DNA from: a virus
Lineage: Duplodnaviria; Caudoviricetes
Strand: one strand, 5' to 3'
Virus record (IMG/VR): IMGVR_UViG_3300027971_000001
Length of the DNA stretch: 64,000 nt
Shown: in pieces, positions 29,049 to 39,065 of the stretch
Layout of the letters: the number at the start of each line of letters is the position of its first letter
How positions within the stretch are numbered: position 1 is the first letter of the stretch
Translations under genes and position numbers: made by a program
The notes under the pieces: model-generated
What the model saw: the letters and a program-made list of their open reading frames with translations, nothing else
Database searches by the model: none
Told to the model about the DNA's origin: nothing

Positions 29049-31412
29049 TTAGGATACCAATTCTTGGAAGTCCTGACCAGTTCGTGTGGCATAGAAGTTA
29101 ACCAAGATGAATTCTGCGGCACGTACAGGTTTGATGTAGATGTCCACAACCAGTTCATTTTGGTCGATCACATCAGGTGTATTGTTTCTTTCGTCGCATA
29201 TGATCAGATAGTCATATACACCTTGTGTGTTCTTGGCCAATTCGAATATCGGTGTAAGAACGTTTATTACTTGCGTTCTTGTGAACAGTGTATTCGGTTC
29301 GAACAAGAAGAACTTGATGGTATTCCTTGTCGCGACTTCCAGATACAAGAACAACCGGCGTACATTGATACGATCAAATGCGCTTGGTTTCTTTAACAAG
29401 GTCTTTTGACCGAAGATTACAAATCCTTCAGCAGGGAAGAATGCAACCGGATTCAAATTAACCTTATACAATTGATCACGATGTTTTTGTGTGGGATAGA
29501 TCGGAAGATCATTCACACCAAGCAATACGCCCCGAGTAAATCCGGCAGGAGCGAACCAAGGTTGGAAGTTATCGTCAGTATTTGCCATTGCAGCACCTGC
29601 AAATCCTGAGAAAGGAACCCATGTTTGCTTGCCTAGACCATCATCAAATACCCTAGGGAATGTGGCATATGTACATGCATAGCTTGTGTTCAGCAAGCTG
29701 TACAAGTGACGTAATGGCCAGTAAATGTGTTGATTAAAGTTCTTTGATGGATCATCAATAACTTTGCTATTTTCACCTTGAACAAAGATGTTACGGAGAG
29801 GATCTGCAATGAATAGATGATCTTTGCGAACATTCTGGGCAAAGTTTGTGAATACGCTTGCCACAGTATTGTAATTTTCGCGAATATCAAGAGCATTTCC
29901 ATTAAGACCTTCGTTATTAGTAATGAAGAATCCAGTCATATCAAGAGGAATAGTGTCATCGAACACGTCTGCACCGCTAAGAACATTCAGATTGTAACGG
30001 GCAGCTGAGAATATTGTTCCAAGACCACCTTCCAATGACAATGAAAGATTGTAAAGATCAGGATTTTCAAGCAATGTGAACACACGTTCCAGCTTTGTTG
30101 GAACGTTTCCGATTAATTTGGCAGTTGCAACTGTTGTATCGAAAGCACCGAAGCTATAAAGAGCGTCAATGCGACGAAGAGGACTTGCTACATTGTTGGC
30201 CAACCAACCCACAACTGCACTAGGAGCACCCACACGTGTTTCATATGTTGCATTTGTGTCAACAAATCCATCACTATTCAAAGGATTAGCCAGATTCGGA
30301 TTCAACATACGAACCTTCTTGTTGGGATTTCCTGCACTATTCAACCATGTTTGTGTATTACGATTGCTGATAAAAGGATTGATCAACAATGAAAGATTGG
30401 GACTATCATCTTCAACCGATCCTATAAAGAATGTTTGGGCTGGACCGCCGTTTTCGCTATTGATTTGACGGAAATAATCAAATGAACCCACATAACTTTC
30501 AGACAATAGATAATCTAAACTGATAACATCAGGGGCAAACACGCTTTGGCGGAGTTTGAACACACCAAGGATGATTGTATCATCAAACTGGCGTGTGCTG
30601 ATATCAAAAGTAGGAATATTTTCCATTACTTCACTAACACTGTTTCCAAGACCAAACTGTGTTGCGCTTAATGGGAAGTTCAAACGAGTACGAGGAACAT
30701 TCAGGAAGTTGTATGTGGATCCAGCTTTGGAATCAACACTGCGAACTTGACTGATACCATCGAATTGTGTGGCAGGATTCAAATTAGTGTTATCAATCGC
30801 TCCTACATAATATCCTTCATATTTTTGATTGATGCTGGTTTGAGCTTTGTTAAGAACAATCATTCCGGCATTGGCCAATTGTGTAAGTTTGCTGGCGCCT
30901 GTGCTGGTGAAGCTGAATTGTGTTGGTACATTTTTCCAACTTGAGAATGCATCACCATTAAGAATGCTTTGATATTCAGTTGCATTCAATTCAATCTGTG
31001 TGGGTTGACCGAAGAAATATGTGTTTGCACCAGAAAGACCAGTACCACCTGTGGCAGCAGTTCCTTCATATGCTCCATTATAACTGGTTACAGGATAAAC
31101 AAGAGCAGAGTAAGAATCTGTGAAACCTGCACCGCTTCCGCTACCATATGGCATACGGCTGACAAGCACTTCTGCTTGGCTTTGGAACATTGCTTTAACA
31201 GTGTGATAAAAATAACGTTCAGCCGCATTGGTGGGCTTGCCATAAATTTGTTCAAATTCGCTAAGACTTGAAGGTTGGATAATTTCATCCAAAGGACCTT
31301 GAGGTGCATAACCAGGTATTAAAACCGTTGTGGGAACATTAATTACTGGACGTAATGAAAGATCTATTTCGTTAATTTCAACACCAGGACTCTGAATTGT
31401 ACGCTTAGGCAT
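29049..31412 (-). CDS. gp18: Contractile tail sheath protein (gp18-like)
   Basis: SPGVEINEIDL N-terminus; WFAPAGFTRG, NPVAFFP..GFVIFGQKTL...SAFDRINVRRLF, FEPN, and VVDIYIKPVRAAEFILVNF. Confidence 0.97.
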   Translation of the reverse strand: MPKRTIQSPGVEINEIDLSLRPVINVPTTVLIPGYAPQGPLDEIIQPSSLSEFEQIYGKPTNAAERYFYHTVKAMFQSQAEVLVSRMPYGSGSGAGFTDSYSALVYPVTSYNGAYEGTAATGGTGLSGANTYFFGQPTQIELNATEYQSILNGDAFSSWKNVPTQFSFTSTGASKLTQLANAGMIVLNKAQTSINQKYEGYYVGAIDNTNLNPATQFDGISQVRSVDSKAGSTYNFLNVPRTRLNFPLSATQFGLGNSVSEVMENIPTFDISTRQFDDTIILGVFKLRQSVFAPDVISLDYLLSESYVGSFDYFRQINSENGGPAQTFFIGSVEDDSPNLSLLINPFISNRNTQTWLNSAGNPNKKVRMLNPNLANPLNSDGFVDTNATYETRVGAPSAVVGWLANNVASPLRRIDALYSFGAFDTTVATAKLIGNVPTKLERVFTLLENPDLYNLSLSLEGGLGTIFSAARYNLNVLSGADVFDDTIPLDMTGFFITNNEGLNGNALDIRENYNTVASVFTNFAQNVRKDHLFIADPLRNIFVQGENSKVIDDPSKNFNQHIYWPLRHLYSLLNTSYACTYATFPRVFDDGLGKQTWVPFSGFAGAAMANTDDNFQPWFAPAGFTRGVLLGVNDLPIYPTQKHRDQLYKVNLNPVAFFPAEGFVIFGQKTLLKKPSAFDRINVRRLFLYLEVATRNTIKFFLFEPNTLFTRTQVINVLTPIFELAKNTQGVYDYLIICDERNNTPDVIDQNELVVDIYIKPVRAAEFILVNFYATRTGQDFQELVS

Positions 31413-31418
31413 ATAAAT

Positions 31419-31426
31419 TATTTATA
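31419..31426 (-). promoter_or_regulatory. T4-late-promoter-like TATAAATA upstream of tail sheath (representative of at least 25 TAAATA sites)
   Basis: TATAAATA 6 nt before the sheath ATG; identical to the T4 gp55-dependent late -10 consensus. Confidence 0.7.
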
Positions 31427-31453
31427 TTTTTTGAGAATATTTTTTTCCTTTAT

Positions 31454-32023
31454 TTAGATCAAAGTAGCCTGAAACTGAAAGAAACTAAAGGTAAACGTAC
31501 TTTCGGCTTCACTGCTATCCCTATAATTGTAATTAATACCACCCAGTTCAACAGGTACTGCCCCTGAGTATTCAAACTTTATTTTGTTATTATTATATTC
31601 ATCCAAACCATAAACTGTTATGGTTGTACTATAATCGTTTAATTTAGGATCATCATTAGGGTTTCTAGCATTAGGAATACTAGCTTTATTGTCGTTAAGT
31701 GCTTTAAGCCAACTATATACAAACCAATAATTATTGTATAAATTATCCACTGTAAAATTAACTGCAACATTTCCATAGCTTGGACGGGCATAACTGGTCA
31801 CTTTCATGACTTGACCGGCATATTTGGTTTCCACTTCAGGAACACTCATTGTAGGAACCACAATTCCATAAACAGAAAATTGAAAACTTTCCAAATTAAC
31901 TTCACCATTATTTCGGGTATATTGATTCAAATAAGGACGCAAAATATTAGGAGGATTTACCACCATTATAAATTTGTCGCGACGTGTCTTGTTGAGCATC
32001 GCCTGATTGTATAAACCTGCCAT
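31454..32023 (-). CDS. Tail-tube-fold protein, probably tube terminator/completion (gp3-like)
   Basis: FSVYGIVVPTMSVPEV...YGNVAVNFTVDNLYNNYWFVYSWL...FSFFQF; start reassigned to ATG 32023 after TAAATA. Confidence 0.6.
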   Translation of the reverse strand: MAGLYNQAMLNKTRRDKFIMVVNPPNILRPYLNQYTRNNGEVNLESFQFSVYGIVVPTMSVPEVETKYAGQVMKVTSYARPSYGNVAVNFTVDNLYNNYWFVYSWLKALNDNKASIPNARNPNDDPKLNDYSTTITVYGLDEYNNNKIKFEYSGAVPVELGGINYNYRDSSEAESTFTFSFFQFQATLI

Positions 32024-32031
32024 ATTAGTAT

Positions 32032-33696
32032 TTAAAGAAGTTTCCAACCTTCTTTTCCGTAATAATCCATTTCTATATCTCTTTCATCCTGTTCCTGAGA
32101 ACCAAACATAATAGGCATGTTTGGAAGCATGTCTTCATTACCCCCGAATTTATATGTCATATTTTCATTTTTTTTGAAAGGAATGATGCTACTGGGGCGA
32201 TTGTTTGAATCACGAGAAACAACTTCATAATATTTTTCAACTAGTTCATCATTTAAAATCAAAAGCGCCATGGCCATGCTCATGACACAGTCATCAAAAT
32301 TGTTTGCTCCTTTTCGTGCAGCCCATGTACCATTCGGATATCTAGTAAAAATTTTTAATTCATTTAATGTAACAATATCTCGAAACACAATTGATCTAAG
32401 TTCATTGATCCAGTATCGCATGTTGATAACTGCATGATATTTTGTGTTGGTGTTTGTGAATACTCCTGGTTTTTCAAAATTTTTCCCATGACTATAACTG
32501 ATCATAGGATCATAATTATAATTTTCAAAAAGAGAATCTGCTATCTGTGCCCCGCAATTATTGCGCTCTATAAGTAATGGGGGATTACCCCATTGGTTCA
32601 ATATCTCTAAAAGCTTTATTGTAAAATTATATGGAGTAATAGTATTATCACGAAAAACTGCAACCTGACGAATAGAAGATAGATCCGCCAAATCAAATAT
32701 CTGAACTACACTACTGGCCTGACCAACACCTTCTGCCACATCCACACCTGCCACATATACTCCATTTTTATGAGGTTGTTCCCAAATCTTATATTTTCCA
32801 TCATCAAATTTGAAAAGAGGTTCACTGCATCCGCTTTTATATTTTTCAAAATCTTCTCCGTTTAACGCAGATTCCCCCTCTTGAAGAAACTCATTTCCGA
32901 ATTCCTGATCAAAAAGTTCTCGACTACCTAAACTTCGTATTGTGCTATCTTTCCATTTTTCATCTCGACCAGGAACTTCCCACCAATCCACCCGTTCTGT
33001 TTTCCAATTGTTTACTCCTTGTTCACCATCAGTGTATAATTGATAAAACAGATTGCCTGTTCCATTCGGAGTGCTGGCCACAAAAATTTTACTTCGTTTG
33101 GATGATGAAATAATCGGATAAACTGCAGACCAAAATGTTTCCACCATGTTGTTGTCAATATGAGCCAACTCGTCAATGACCAACACATTCACAGAACTTC
33201 CTCGACCTGCATCAGATGATGTGGTGCTGATGCTGATCCGACTTCCATTGGCAAGACCCATTGCAGTTTTTCCATACTCAGTCACACCTGGTTTTAAAAA
33301 GTTTGGAAGATTTTCATAAGCAAGACGAACACGAGCAAAAATTTCTTTTGCTGTTTCCTCTTTGTTTGCCACAAGAAGAACACGTTGATCATTTTGAAAA
33401 CATGCAAGCCAAAGACAATAAATGGTCATGACTGTTGTTTTTCCTGCCTGACGACTTGATAACAAACAAACAAAACGATTGTCTCGAAGACTTCTTAAAA
33501 TTCTTTTTTGATAAGGATGCAGTTTAATCTTTATTCTTCCTACATCCAAATTAATAATATAAAAATAATTTTCAGCAAAATGCAAAATATTATTTTTGCA
33601 CTTATCCATCTCTTTTATCATCTCTGGAGTATATTCAAACTCAGCCTGAGAAGTGGGTAAATTTGGATTGCCCAAATACCTATCATTTGATTTCAT
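32032..33696 (-). CDS. terL: Terminase large subunit (T4 gp17-like)
   Basis: YLGNPNLP, Walker A SRQAGKT, Walker B VIDELAH, STPNG, nuclease GVDVAEGVG and DDCVMS. Confidence 0.97.
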   Translation of the reverse strand: MKSNDRYLGNPNLPTSQAEFEYTPEMIKEMDKCKNNILHFAENYFYIINLDVGRIKIKLHPYQKRILRSLRDNRFVCLLSSRQAGKTTVMTIYCLWLACFQNDQRVLLVANKEETAKEIFARVRLAYENLPNFLKPGVTEYGKTAMGLANGSRISISTTSSDAGRGSSVNVLVIDELAHIDNNMVETFWSAVYPIISSSKRSKIFVASTPNGTGNLFYQLYTDGEQGVNNWKTERVDWWEVPGRDEKWKDSTIRSLGSRELFDQEFGNEFLQEGESALNGEDFEKYKSGCSEPLFKFDDGKYKIWEQPHKNGVYVAGVDVAEGVGQASSVVQIFDLADLSSIRQVAVFRDNTITPYNFTIKLLEILNQWGNPPLLIERNNCGAQIADSLFENYNYDPMISYSHGKNFEKPGVFTNTNTKYHAVINMRYWINELRSIVFRDIVTLNELKIFTRYPNGTWAARKGANNFDDCVMSMAMALLILNDELVEKYYEVVSRDSNNRPSSIIPFKKNENMTYKFGGNEDMLPNMPIMFGSQEQDERDIEMDYYGKEGWKLL

Positions 33697-33716
33697 GTGA
33701 TATAAATACTTAACGT

Positions 33717-34319
33717 ATGAATCAAAAGAGTAAATATATTAAGAAATACGGTATGCCTAGAAGTAACGCAAACACATTGGTTGATATAGGAGCAGTTTAT
33801 CATAAAATGCTTCTGGAAAATGCTGCCCAACAAGAACAAGCAGTTATTGAAGAAAAAAAGACCAAAAAGCTTGCGGATCCCAAAGCCAAATTTGGTACAA
33901 AACCAGGAAAAGGTGGAATACCTTTGGAGCTTGTAAAAGATAAAAAACCTGATTTGGATCCTGAATTAAAAGATTTTGCACATAAAGATAGCGGTCCTGA
34001 TTTGAAACAATTGGCAGAACCTATTGATCCAAAAGAAAAGAAATTTAGAAAAAATAACTATTTCAACCCGGAAGAACTCAGTTCTGCCAATGAAAGTGTT
34101 ATTAATAATAAGAATGTATCACTTATTGCAGATGAGCTTACAAAAGAAGACAAAAATGAAGCTTATGAACGCCTTTGTGAATATAAAACACTATGGGGCA
34201 AAGATAACTTTATTAATCTTCTTACAGTAGCTGCTGTAAATGGCCACACAGAAGCACTTGAAGAATTTTTCAGTTTTGTAAATAAAAATACAAAAAATAG
34301 AAAGGATAACAATAAATAA
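33717..34319 (+). CDS. Hypothetical Lys/Glu-rich protein, possibly head-associated
   Basis: 200-aa ORF after TATAAATA; alternative start at MPRSN; charged low-complexity sequence. Confidence 0.5.
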   Translation: MNQKSKYIKKYGMPRSNANTLVDIGAVYHKMLLENAAQQEQAVIEEKKTKKLADPKAKFGTKPGKGGIPLELVKDKKPDLDPELKDFAHKDSGPDLKQLAEPIDPKEKKFRKNNYFNPEELSSANESVINNKNVSLIADELTKEDKNEAYERLCEYKTLWGKDNFINLLTVAAVNGHTEALEEFFSFVNKNTKNRKDNNK

Positions 34320-34324
34320 TCTAT

Positions 34325-34927
34325 ATGAGTAACTTCGATAAACTATATGAAGCCGTGATGTCCGAGGACGACGTTGAACTTGGTATCACTGGTGCTCAAC
34401 CCGGCGTAGCTGAAGTCGCCCCAGCCGCCACTGGTGAAGAAATAGAGTTGACTCCTAAAGAGCACCTCGCAAAAGCAATCGAGCTTCTGCAAAAGCTACA
34501 AAGCTTGGATCTCATTTCTGATGAATCCGAAGCCGAAGCTGAAGTTGAAGGCGAAACAGAAGCCGGTTCTGATGAAGACGGTGAATATATGTCTTCTGAA
34601 GATAATGAAGAGATTGCCACAGAAGAAATCGAAGCTGAAGATATTGGCCATGCACTTGTTAACGCTAAAAAAGGTCAAGAACTCACAAAAGTTTCGTCTG
34701 GCAGCAACAAAGTTGCTAGCACAGCAACCTCCCTAGCCAAAACTGGTAAGGGTGGTGATGCCAAGGTAACTGACAAGGTAGGCACTGAAGGCGAAAAGGG
34801 CCATGCACTTGTTGGTAGTGGTGTCAAAGGTGGAGCACCCACAAGCACAAAAGGAAAAGCCAACGTCGTTTCCGGAGTGATTAAGGGTGGTGGAAAAGGT
34901 GATCAAGACTTTTTCCAATCCAACTGA
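34325..34927 (+). CDS. Hypothetical protein with acidic N-half and Gly/Lys-rich C-half (possible internal head/scaffold protein)
   Basis: MSNFDKLYEAVMSE leader; GHALV occurs twice; followed by a strong terminator. Confidence 0.55.
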   Translation: MSNFDKLYEAVMSEDDVELGITGAQPGVAEVAPAATGEEIELTPKEHLAKAIELLQKLQSLDLISDESEAEAEVEGETEAGSDEDGEYMSSEDNEEIATEEIEAEDIGHALVNAKKGQELTKVSSGSNKVASTATSLAKTGKGGDAKVTDKVGTEGEKGHALVGSGVKGGAPTSTKGKANVVSGVIKGGGKGDQDFFQSN

Positions 34928-34944
34928 TAAAAAAAGTTATAAAG

Positions 34945-34978
34945 AAAACCCCCGTTTAATAGACGGGGGTTTTTTTTT
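34945..34978 (+). terminator. Rho-independent terminator
   Basis: AAAACCCCCGT...ACGGGGGTTTT stem followed by a T-tract to 34978. Confidence 0.85.
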
Positions 34979-34992
34979 GACTAAATAAGTAT

Positions 34993-36039
34993 ATGCCATT
35001 TGAATATCATAAAGATCTAAATTCAAAGTTTTGGAAAGAATTTAAACTGGACAAATCGGTATCAGGTAAACTTGTTGATATTGCTTTGGATTTTTATCGA
35101 AATTTAAAAACAAATGCTCCCTTAGAAGACATTGAACTTACAGGTTCTTTGACCAATTATACATATACAAAAAAGAGCGATCTGGATCTGCATTTACGAT
35201 TGGATTTTAGCAAGGTAAAAGCCAAACCGGATTTGGTAAAACAATTGTTTGAAGGTGAAAAGTACAAATGGAATTTGAATCATGACATTGTTATTCGGCA
35301 ACATCCTGTTGAGATATACATTGAAGATATCAGTGTAAAACCTTATGCAACCAAACCAGTTTATAGTCTTTTAAAAAATAAATGGATTCAAAAGCCATCA
35401 TATAATCCACCTGAAATAGACGAACAAAATGTTAATAAAAAATTTGAAGCTTATAAAAATGAAATAGATTCTTTGGTTAAACTGCTGAACAAAAGTGATT
35501 GTCGTATCATTTTTCGTCAAATACACAATCGGGCCAAAGCATTACGGGAAAGATTGGCAGATGCCAGAAAAGAATGCATGCAAGACAAAACAACCATATT
35601 TGATTTTTGTATTGAAAATCTTGTTTTTAAAAAATTACGGGATGCAGGATATTTGGATAAATTAAATGATTTGAAACTGGAAGCTTATGACAAAATATTC
35701 ACAGAACAAACATGGAACAGTGGTTTGCATACTCTTTTCATGAGTGATCTGATGGGTAAACAAAAGAAAACAAAAGATCCTCGTCATATGAAACCTGTGA
35801 TTCGTGATCCAGGAACACGTAAGCATGTGAGAACTGTTCCTAAAATGCACCAGAATTTGGACACTTTTCCTGAAGTAGGAATGCTTAAAAAAGCCAAAGG
35901 TAGAAAGATTGTGAGTGAACCTAGGGCCATGCAAATTGCCGCATTTTATAATATAACTTTAGGAGAAAAACCTACCAAGCTGGGAAAATCACCTGTAAGT
36001 ATAAGAAAAAAAAATAATATATATGTATTGGAGAGCTAA
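34993..36039 (+). CDS. Pol-beta-superfamily nucleotidyltransferase-domain protein
   Basis: DIELTGSLTNYTYTKKSDLDLHL carries the GS-x-DxD catalytic signature; third acidic residue in PVEIYIED. Confidence 0.75.
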   Translation: MPFEYHKDLNSKFWKEFKLDKSVSGKLVDIALDFYRNLKTNAPLEDIELTGSLTNYTYTKKSDLDLHLRLDFSKVKAKPDLVKQLFEGEKYKWNLNHDIVIRQHPVEIYIEDISVKPYATKPVYSLLKNKWIQKPSYNPPEIDEQNVNKKFEAYKNEIDSLVKLLNKSDCRIIFRQIHNRAKALRERLADARKECMQDKTTIFDFCIENLVFKKLRDAGYLDKLNDLKLEAYDKIFTEQTWNSGLHTLFMSDLMGKQKKTKDPRHMKPVIRDPGTRKHVRTVPKMHQNLDTFPEVGMLKKAKGRKIVSEPRAMQIAAFYNITLGEKPTKLGKSPVSIRKKNNIYVLES

Positions 36040-36809
36040 TGAGCGTTGATCGTTATCTAGGTCCAGGATGTGTATCGGTATATCCTTTCACATATACTCC
36101 AAGTGTTTTACGCTTTACTGACAAAGAAAACAATGAATGTGAACGGGAAGTTATAGGCAATCAATTAAGAGAACAAATTGATCTTTTTGGTCAAAAAGTT
36201 AATTATTGGCAAAATCCTTACAGTACACTAAGTGCTGACAATATATACGGAGAAGATCCTACAAGAAACTGGCCCGAACCTAAATCAATCATAATGGGCA
36301 TAAAATTGGACGAGGATAACCTTACAATCAATCAATTTGGTTTTGATGCTCAAGACTACATGACAGCAACAGTAGCCATAAGCAGCTTTTATTCAGTATT
36401 CGGACCGGGCCAAGAACCCAAAAGCGGAGATATTATAAAATTAACTGAATATGGTAATGATCGTCCTGGTGATAGGGATGGAAAATTGTTTGAAGTAACT
36501 CAGCGGCTGGACAGTGAAAACAGCACCATCAATCCTTTGGCCAGTCATTATCTTTGGTTTTTGAAACTGAAACGTTTTGATTATTCAGAGGAAGTTAATC
36601 TGCCTAATGAAAAAGGTAATTTACAAGTAATGGACAATACAGGGTATGGAACCCTGTCTGCCACACTTAGTGGAAAACAACCAGACAAACCTCGTCCTGA
36701 AACACTAGGAAATAGTGCTCAAGAAGTCACTAAGCGGTTTGTTTTCGATTATTCAGGAACCAGTAATGATAACGTGTATGGCACTTATGATGTGCATACT
36801 GGCGAATAA
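36039..36809 (+). CDS. gp14: Neck (head closure) protein, gp14-like
   Basis: EQIDLFGQKVNYW...NIYGEDP...FGFDAQDYMTATV...EPKSGDIIKL...LFEVT...FDYSEE resembles T4 gp14. Confidence 0.75.
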   Translation: MSVDRYLGPGCVSVYPFTYTPSVLRFTDKENNECEREVIGNQLREQIDLFGQKVNYWQNPYSTLSADNIYGEDPTRNWPEPKSIIMGIKLDEDNLTINQFGFDAQDYMTATVAISSFYSVFGPGQEPKSGDIIKLTEYGNDRPGDRDGKLFEVTQRLDSENSTINPLASHYLWFLKLKRFDYSEEVNLPNEKGNLQVMDNTGYGTLSATLSGKQPDKPRPETLGNSAQEVTKRFVFDYSGTSNDNVYGTYDVHTGE

Positions 36810-37444
36810 CGCGGTTCAATTTCTTCCTCAGTTTCTGTTTCCACTTCTTCCATACGCTCTAAATTGCGTTTTTTCTTTAATATATCCATGTTTGCAGATT
36901 TGGTATCAATACCAAATTCATGATGATTGACTTCATCCATCATGGTTTCAAATCGGCTATCCATGTATTTTTGCATGGCTATTGGTTGAATCCAAAAATC
37001 ATCCGACATGGTCACGTTCATTTCTGAACATTTTTTTTCTATAAGATCAATTGATTCAATCAAGCATAACCATCTGGCCATTTCCGCTTTACCCATTTCA
37101 ACACGAGCAGGACGACTGTTAACACGCATTTCCATGGTAATTTTATCTTTGGTCTTTTTAGGATCGTTATAACCTGAAATTAAAATTGTTTCCTGTAGAA
37201 TTTTATATTCTTTTTTGTTTAAATTTAATTGTGCGGGTCGTCCATGAAATATCATTGGAAGAGAAAACATTTGACCAGAAGATGAATTGGAAGCTTGTTT
37301 TGAAACGATGTTCTGAATGTCATACCATTCATCACTGCTCATTTCAATTCGGGAATTTCGACCTTGCAGTTCCAAATCCAGAATGATGTTTTCGTTATTG
37401 CTGATTTCGTTGTTGGGTTTGATCGTGGATGTATTGTTGAACAT
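36785..37444 (-). CDS. Hypothetical protein with three internal repeats
   Basis: Three similar segments (see findings); start uncertain (ATG 37444 chosen, overlaps the neighbour by about 50 nt). Confidence 0.5.
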   Translation of the reverse strand: MFNNTSTIKPNNEISNNENIILDLELQGRNSRIEMSSDEWYDIQNIVSKQASNSSSGQMFSLPMIFHGRPAQLNLNKKEYKILQETILISGYNDPKKTKDKITMEMRVNSRPARVEMGKAEMARWLCLIESIDLIEKKCSEMNVTMSDDFWIQPIAMQKYMDSRFETMMDEVNHHEFGIDTKSANMDILKKKRNLERMEEVETETEEEIEPRYSPVCTS

Positions 37445-37832
37445 ATGCTGCCAAGATACAAAAAAGCAACGGTACGTCAAGCTTTATCTTCAGTTCACTC
37501 AGGATACTGAATCCTGCCGATACTGTTTCATAAATTTTATGCACTACAAAACTTTTTCGATCTATGCCTTCTGGCTTTTGTATGCTCAATTTCTTATATT
37601 CTTGGAATATTTCATCAAATAAATCCATGAGGATCCTCTCCGAATCATTCAAATTTTTCTTTTTGGTTCGAAAGATTTTATATAAATTATAATATTCTGG
37701 ACCTTTTTTAATAAAAAAATTACTCAATTCGGTATCAAATTCATTCATCCAATTTTCATTTTTTACAGTAGAAAGCGGAAGAATCGAACTGCTGTTTACA
37801 CTTTTGGCTATCTGAAATAACAAATTACTCAT
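37395..37832 (-). CDS. Hypothetical protein
   Basis: 145-aa ORF coupled to neighbouring minus-strand genes. Confidence 0.5.
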   Translation of the reverse strand: MSNLLFQIAKSVNSSSILPLSTVKNENWMNEFDTELSNFFIKKGPEYYNLYKIFRTKKKNLNDSERILMDLFDEIFQEYKKLSIQKPEGIDRKSFVVHKIYETVSAGFSILSELKIKLDVPLLFCILAAYVQQYIHDQTQQRNQQ

Positions 37833-38241
37833 TTAAATTAAGAGGTAGTGCTTCCAAGCTTTGTGTGACCACAGGTTCAGTGTTAAGGGCTGTTCCCAAT
37901 TTGACATAAACAGAAACATTCTTTTCACATTTGGGACATGCATATGTTGTTCCTTCCTCCAAACTGACAGGAACAAAACATTTTGTTTTTTCAGCACAAG
38001 GGCATGTCAATTCTATTCCTCGTTTGTTGTATTCTTTTTCCAAATCTAAATTAACCTGTTTTATTTGCATGCCATAACGAATGATTGCAAATTTTTGAAA
38101 TCCAAAATCTATGGCATATTGCAAGCCTACTGTGAATAAAATTGTAAACAAATATGTCCAAAATGAAGTTACACCGATAGAATAAAGCAACCCTGAAGCG
38201 GCTACTGGTAGACTTAAAAATAGAATTAATCGGTACAGCAT
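37825..38241 (-). CDS. Putative membrane protein with C-terminal zinc ribbon
   Basis: Two hydrophobic N-terminal segments followed by CPC...C and CPKC. Confidence 0.6.
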   Translation of the reverse strand: MLYRLILFLSLPVAASGLLYSIGVTSFWTYLFTILFTVGLQYAIDFGFQKFAIIRYGMQIKQVNLDLEKEYNKRGIELTCPCAEKTKCFVPVSLEEGTTYACPKCEKNVSVYVKLGTALNTEPVVTQSLEALPLNLNE

Positions 38242-38242
38242 T

Positions 38243-38602
38243 TTATCCCTCTAAAATTTTATTTAGAGGGTCTACTGTTTCTTCAAGTATCTTTTGTGCC
38301 TGATTGATCTTGGATATGACCTGTTCCAGTTGTGCTAATTTCTCTTTCTTGTTGCCTATAAGAGGGTTATTCTTGCTTATTTCACACAACATTTTACTGC
38401 TACTTAATTTTACAAAATTATCCGCTAAACTTTCAAAAATCTTGTCTAAAGGATAAGGAAGTATTTTAGGAGCTAAAGTTGCCCCTTCTGGACTAAATTT
38501 TTTAATTAAATCATCTACTGTAAGTGTTTGTCCTTTAAGCTCCCTACTGGCTATTCCTGATACCCAACGGTTATAAATCATTTGTGTATCTTCATTAATC
38601 AT
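38243..38602 (-). CDS. Hypothetical protein
   Basis: Start reassigned to ATG 38602 (MINEDTQMIYNRW) after TAAATA; the longer call overlaps the opposite-strand gene. Confidence 0.55.
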   Translation of the reverse strand: MINEDTQMIYNRWVSGIASRELKGQTLTVDDLIKKFSPEGATLAPKILPYPLDKIFESLADNFVKLSSSKMLCEISKNNPLIGNKKEKLAQLEQVISKINQAQKILEETVDPLNKILEG

Positions 38603-38636
38603 ATATAAATTATTTACCATTATAATAAATAATAAT

Positions 38637-39065
38637 ATGGCAGTATTCTCTAAATATTTTGCAAATATAATCAAAGAACAAGACGAAACTGATGTTGTTG
38701 TACCGGAACCAACAGAGGCTGAAGTTGATCGTACCAGCATGGAAGCAGAGCTGGACAAAGATACTGCCCCTCAAGAATTCGATGTTAAAGCTGTTACACG
38801 TGAACAAATGGCGGCTCGTCAAACAAATTCCGCCCAAGCAATGGAATTGCAAACATGGGTAAGGAACATTGACAAGTTTTTGGAATATCTAAACAGCCCA
38901 GACACCAATTCAATTCAAACACAATTGCATGTGGCTCCTTGTGACAGTCTTTTTGAAAAGGTTGCCAAGAGTGAAACCAAAAAAATTGCTCGTGTTTGCG
39001 TTGAACTTTCTGGATTGAGTGAGCGTCTGAAAGCTTACCTTATCGCCAGCAAGAGCGAGAAATAA
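38637..39065 (+). CDS. Hypothetical protein, possibly head-associated
   Basis: 142 aa; TAAATA 5 nt upstream; MAVFSKYFANIIKEQ leader followed by an acidic segment. Confidence 0.55.
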   Translation: MAVFSKYFANIIKEQDETDVVVPEPTEAEVDRTSMEAELDKDTAPQEFDVKAVTREQMAARQTNSAQAMELQTWVRNIDKFLEYLNSPDTNSIQTQLHVAPCDSLFEKVAKSETKKIARVCVELSGLSERLKAYLIASKSEK

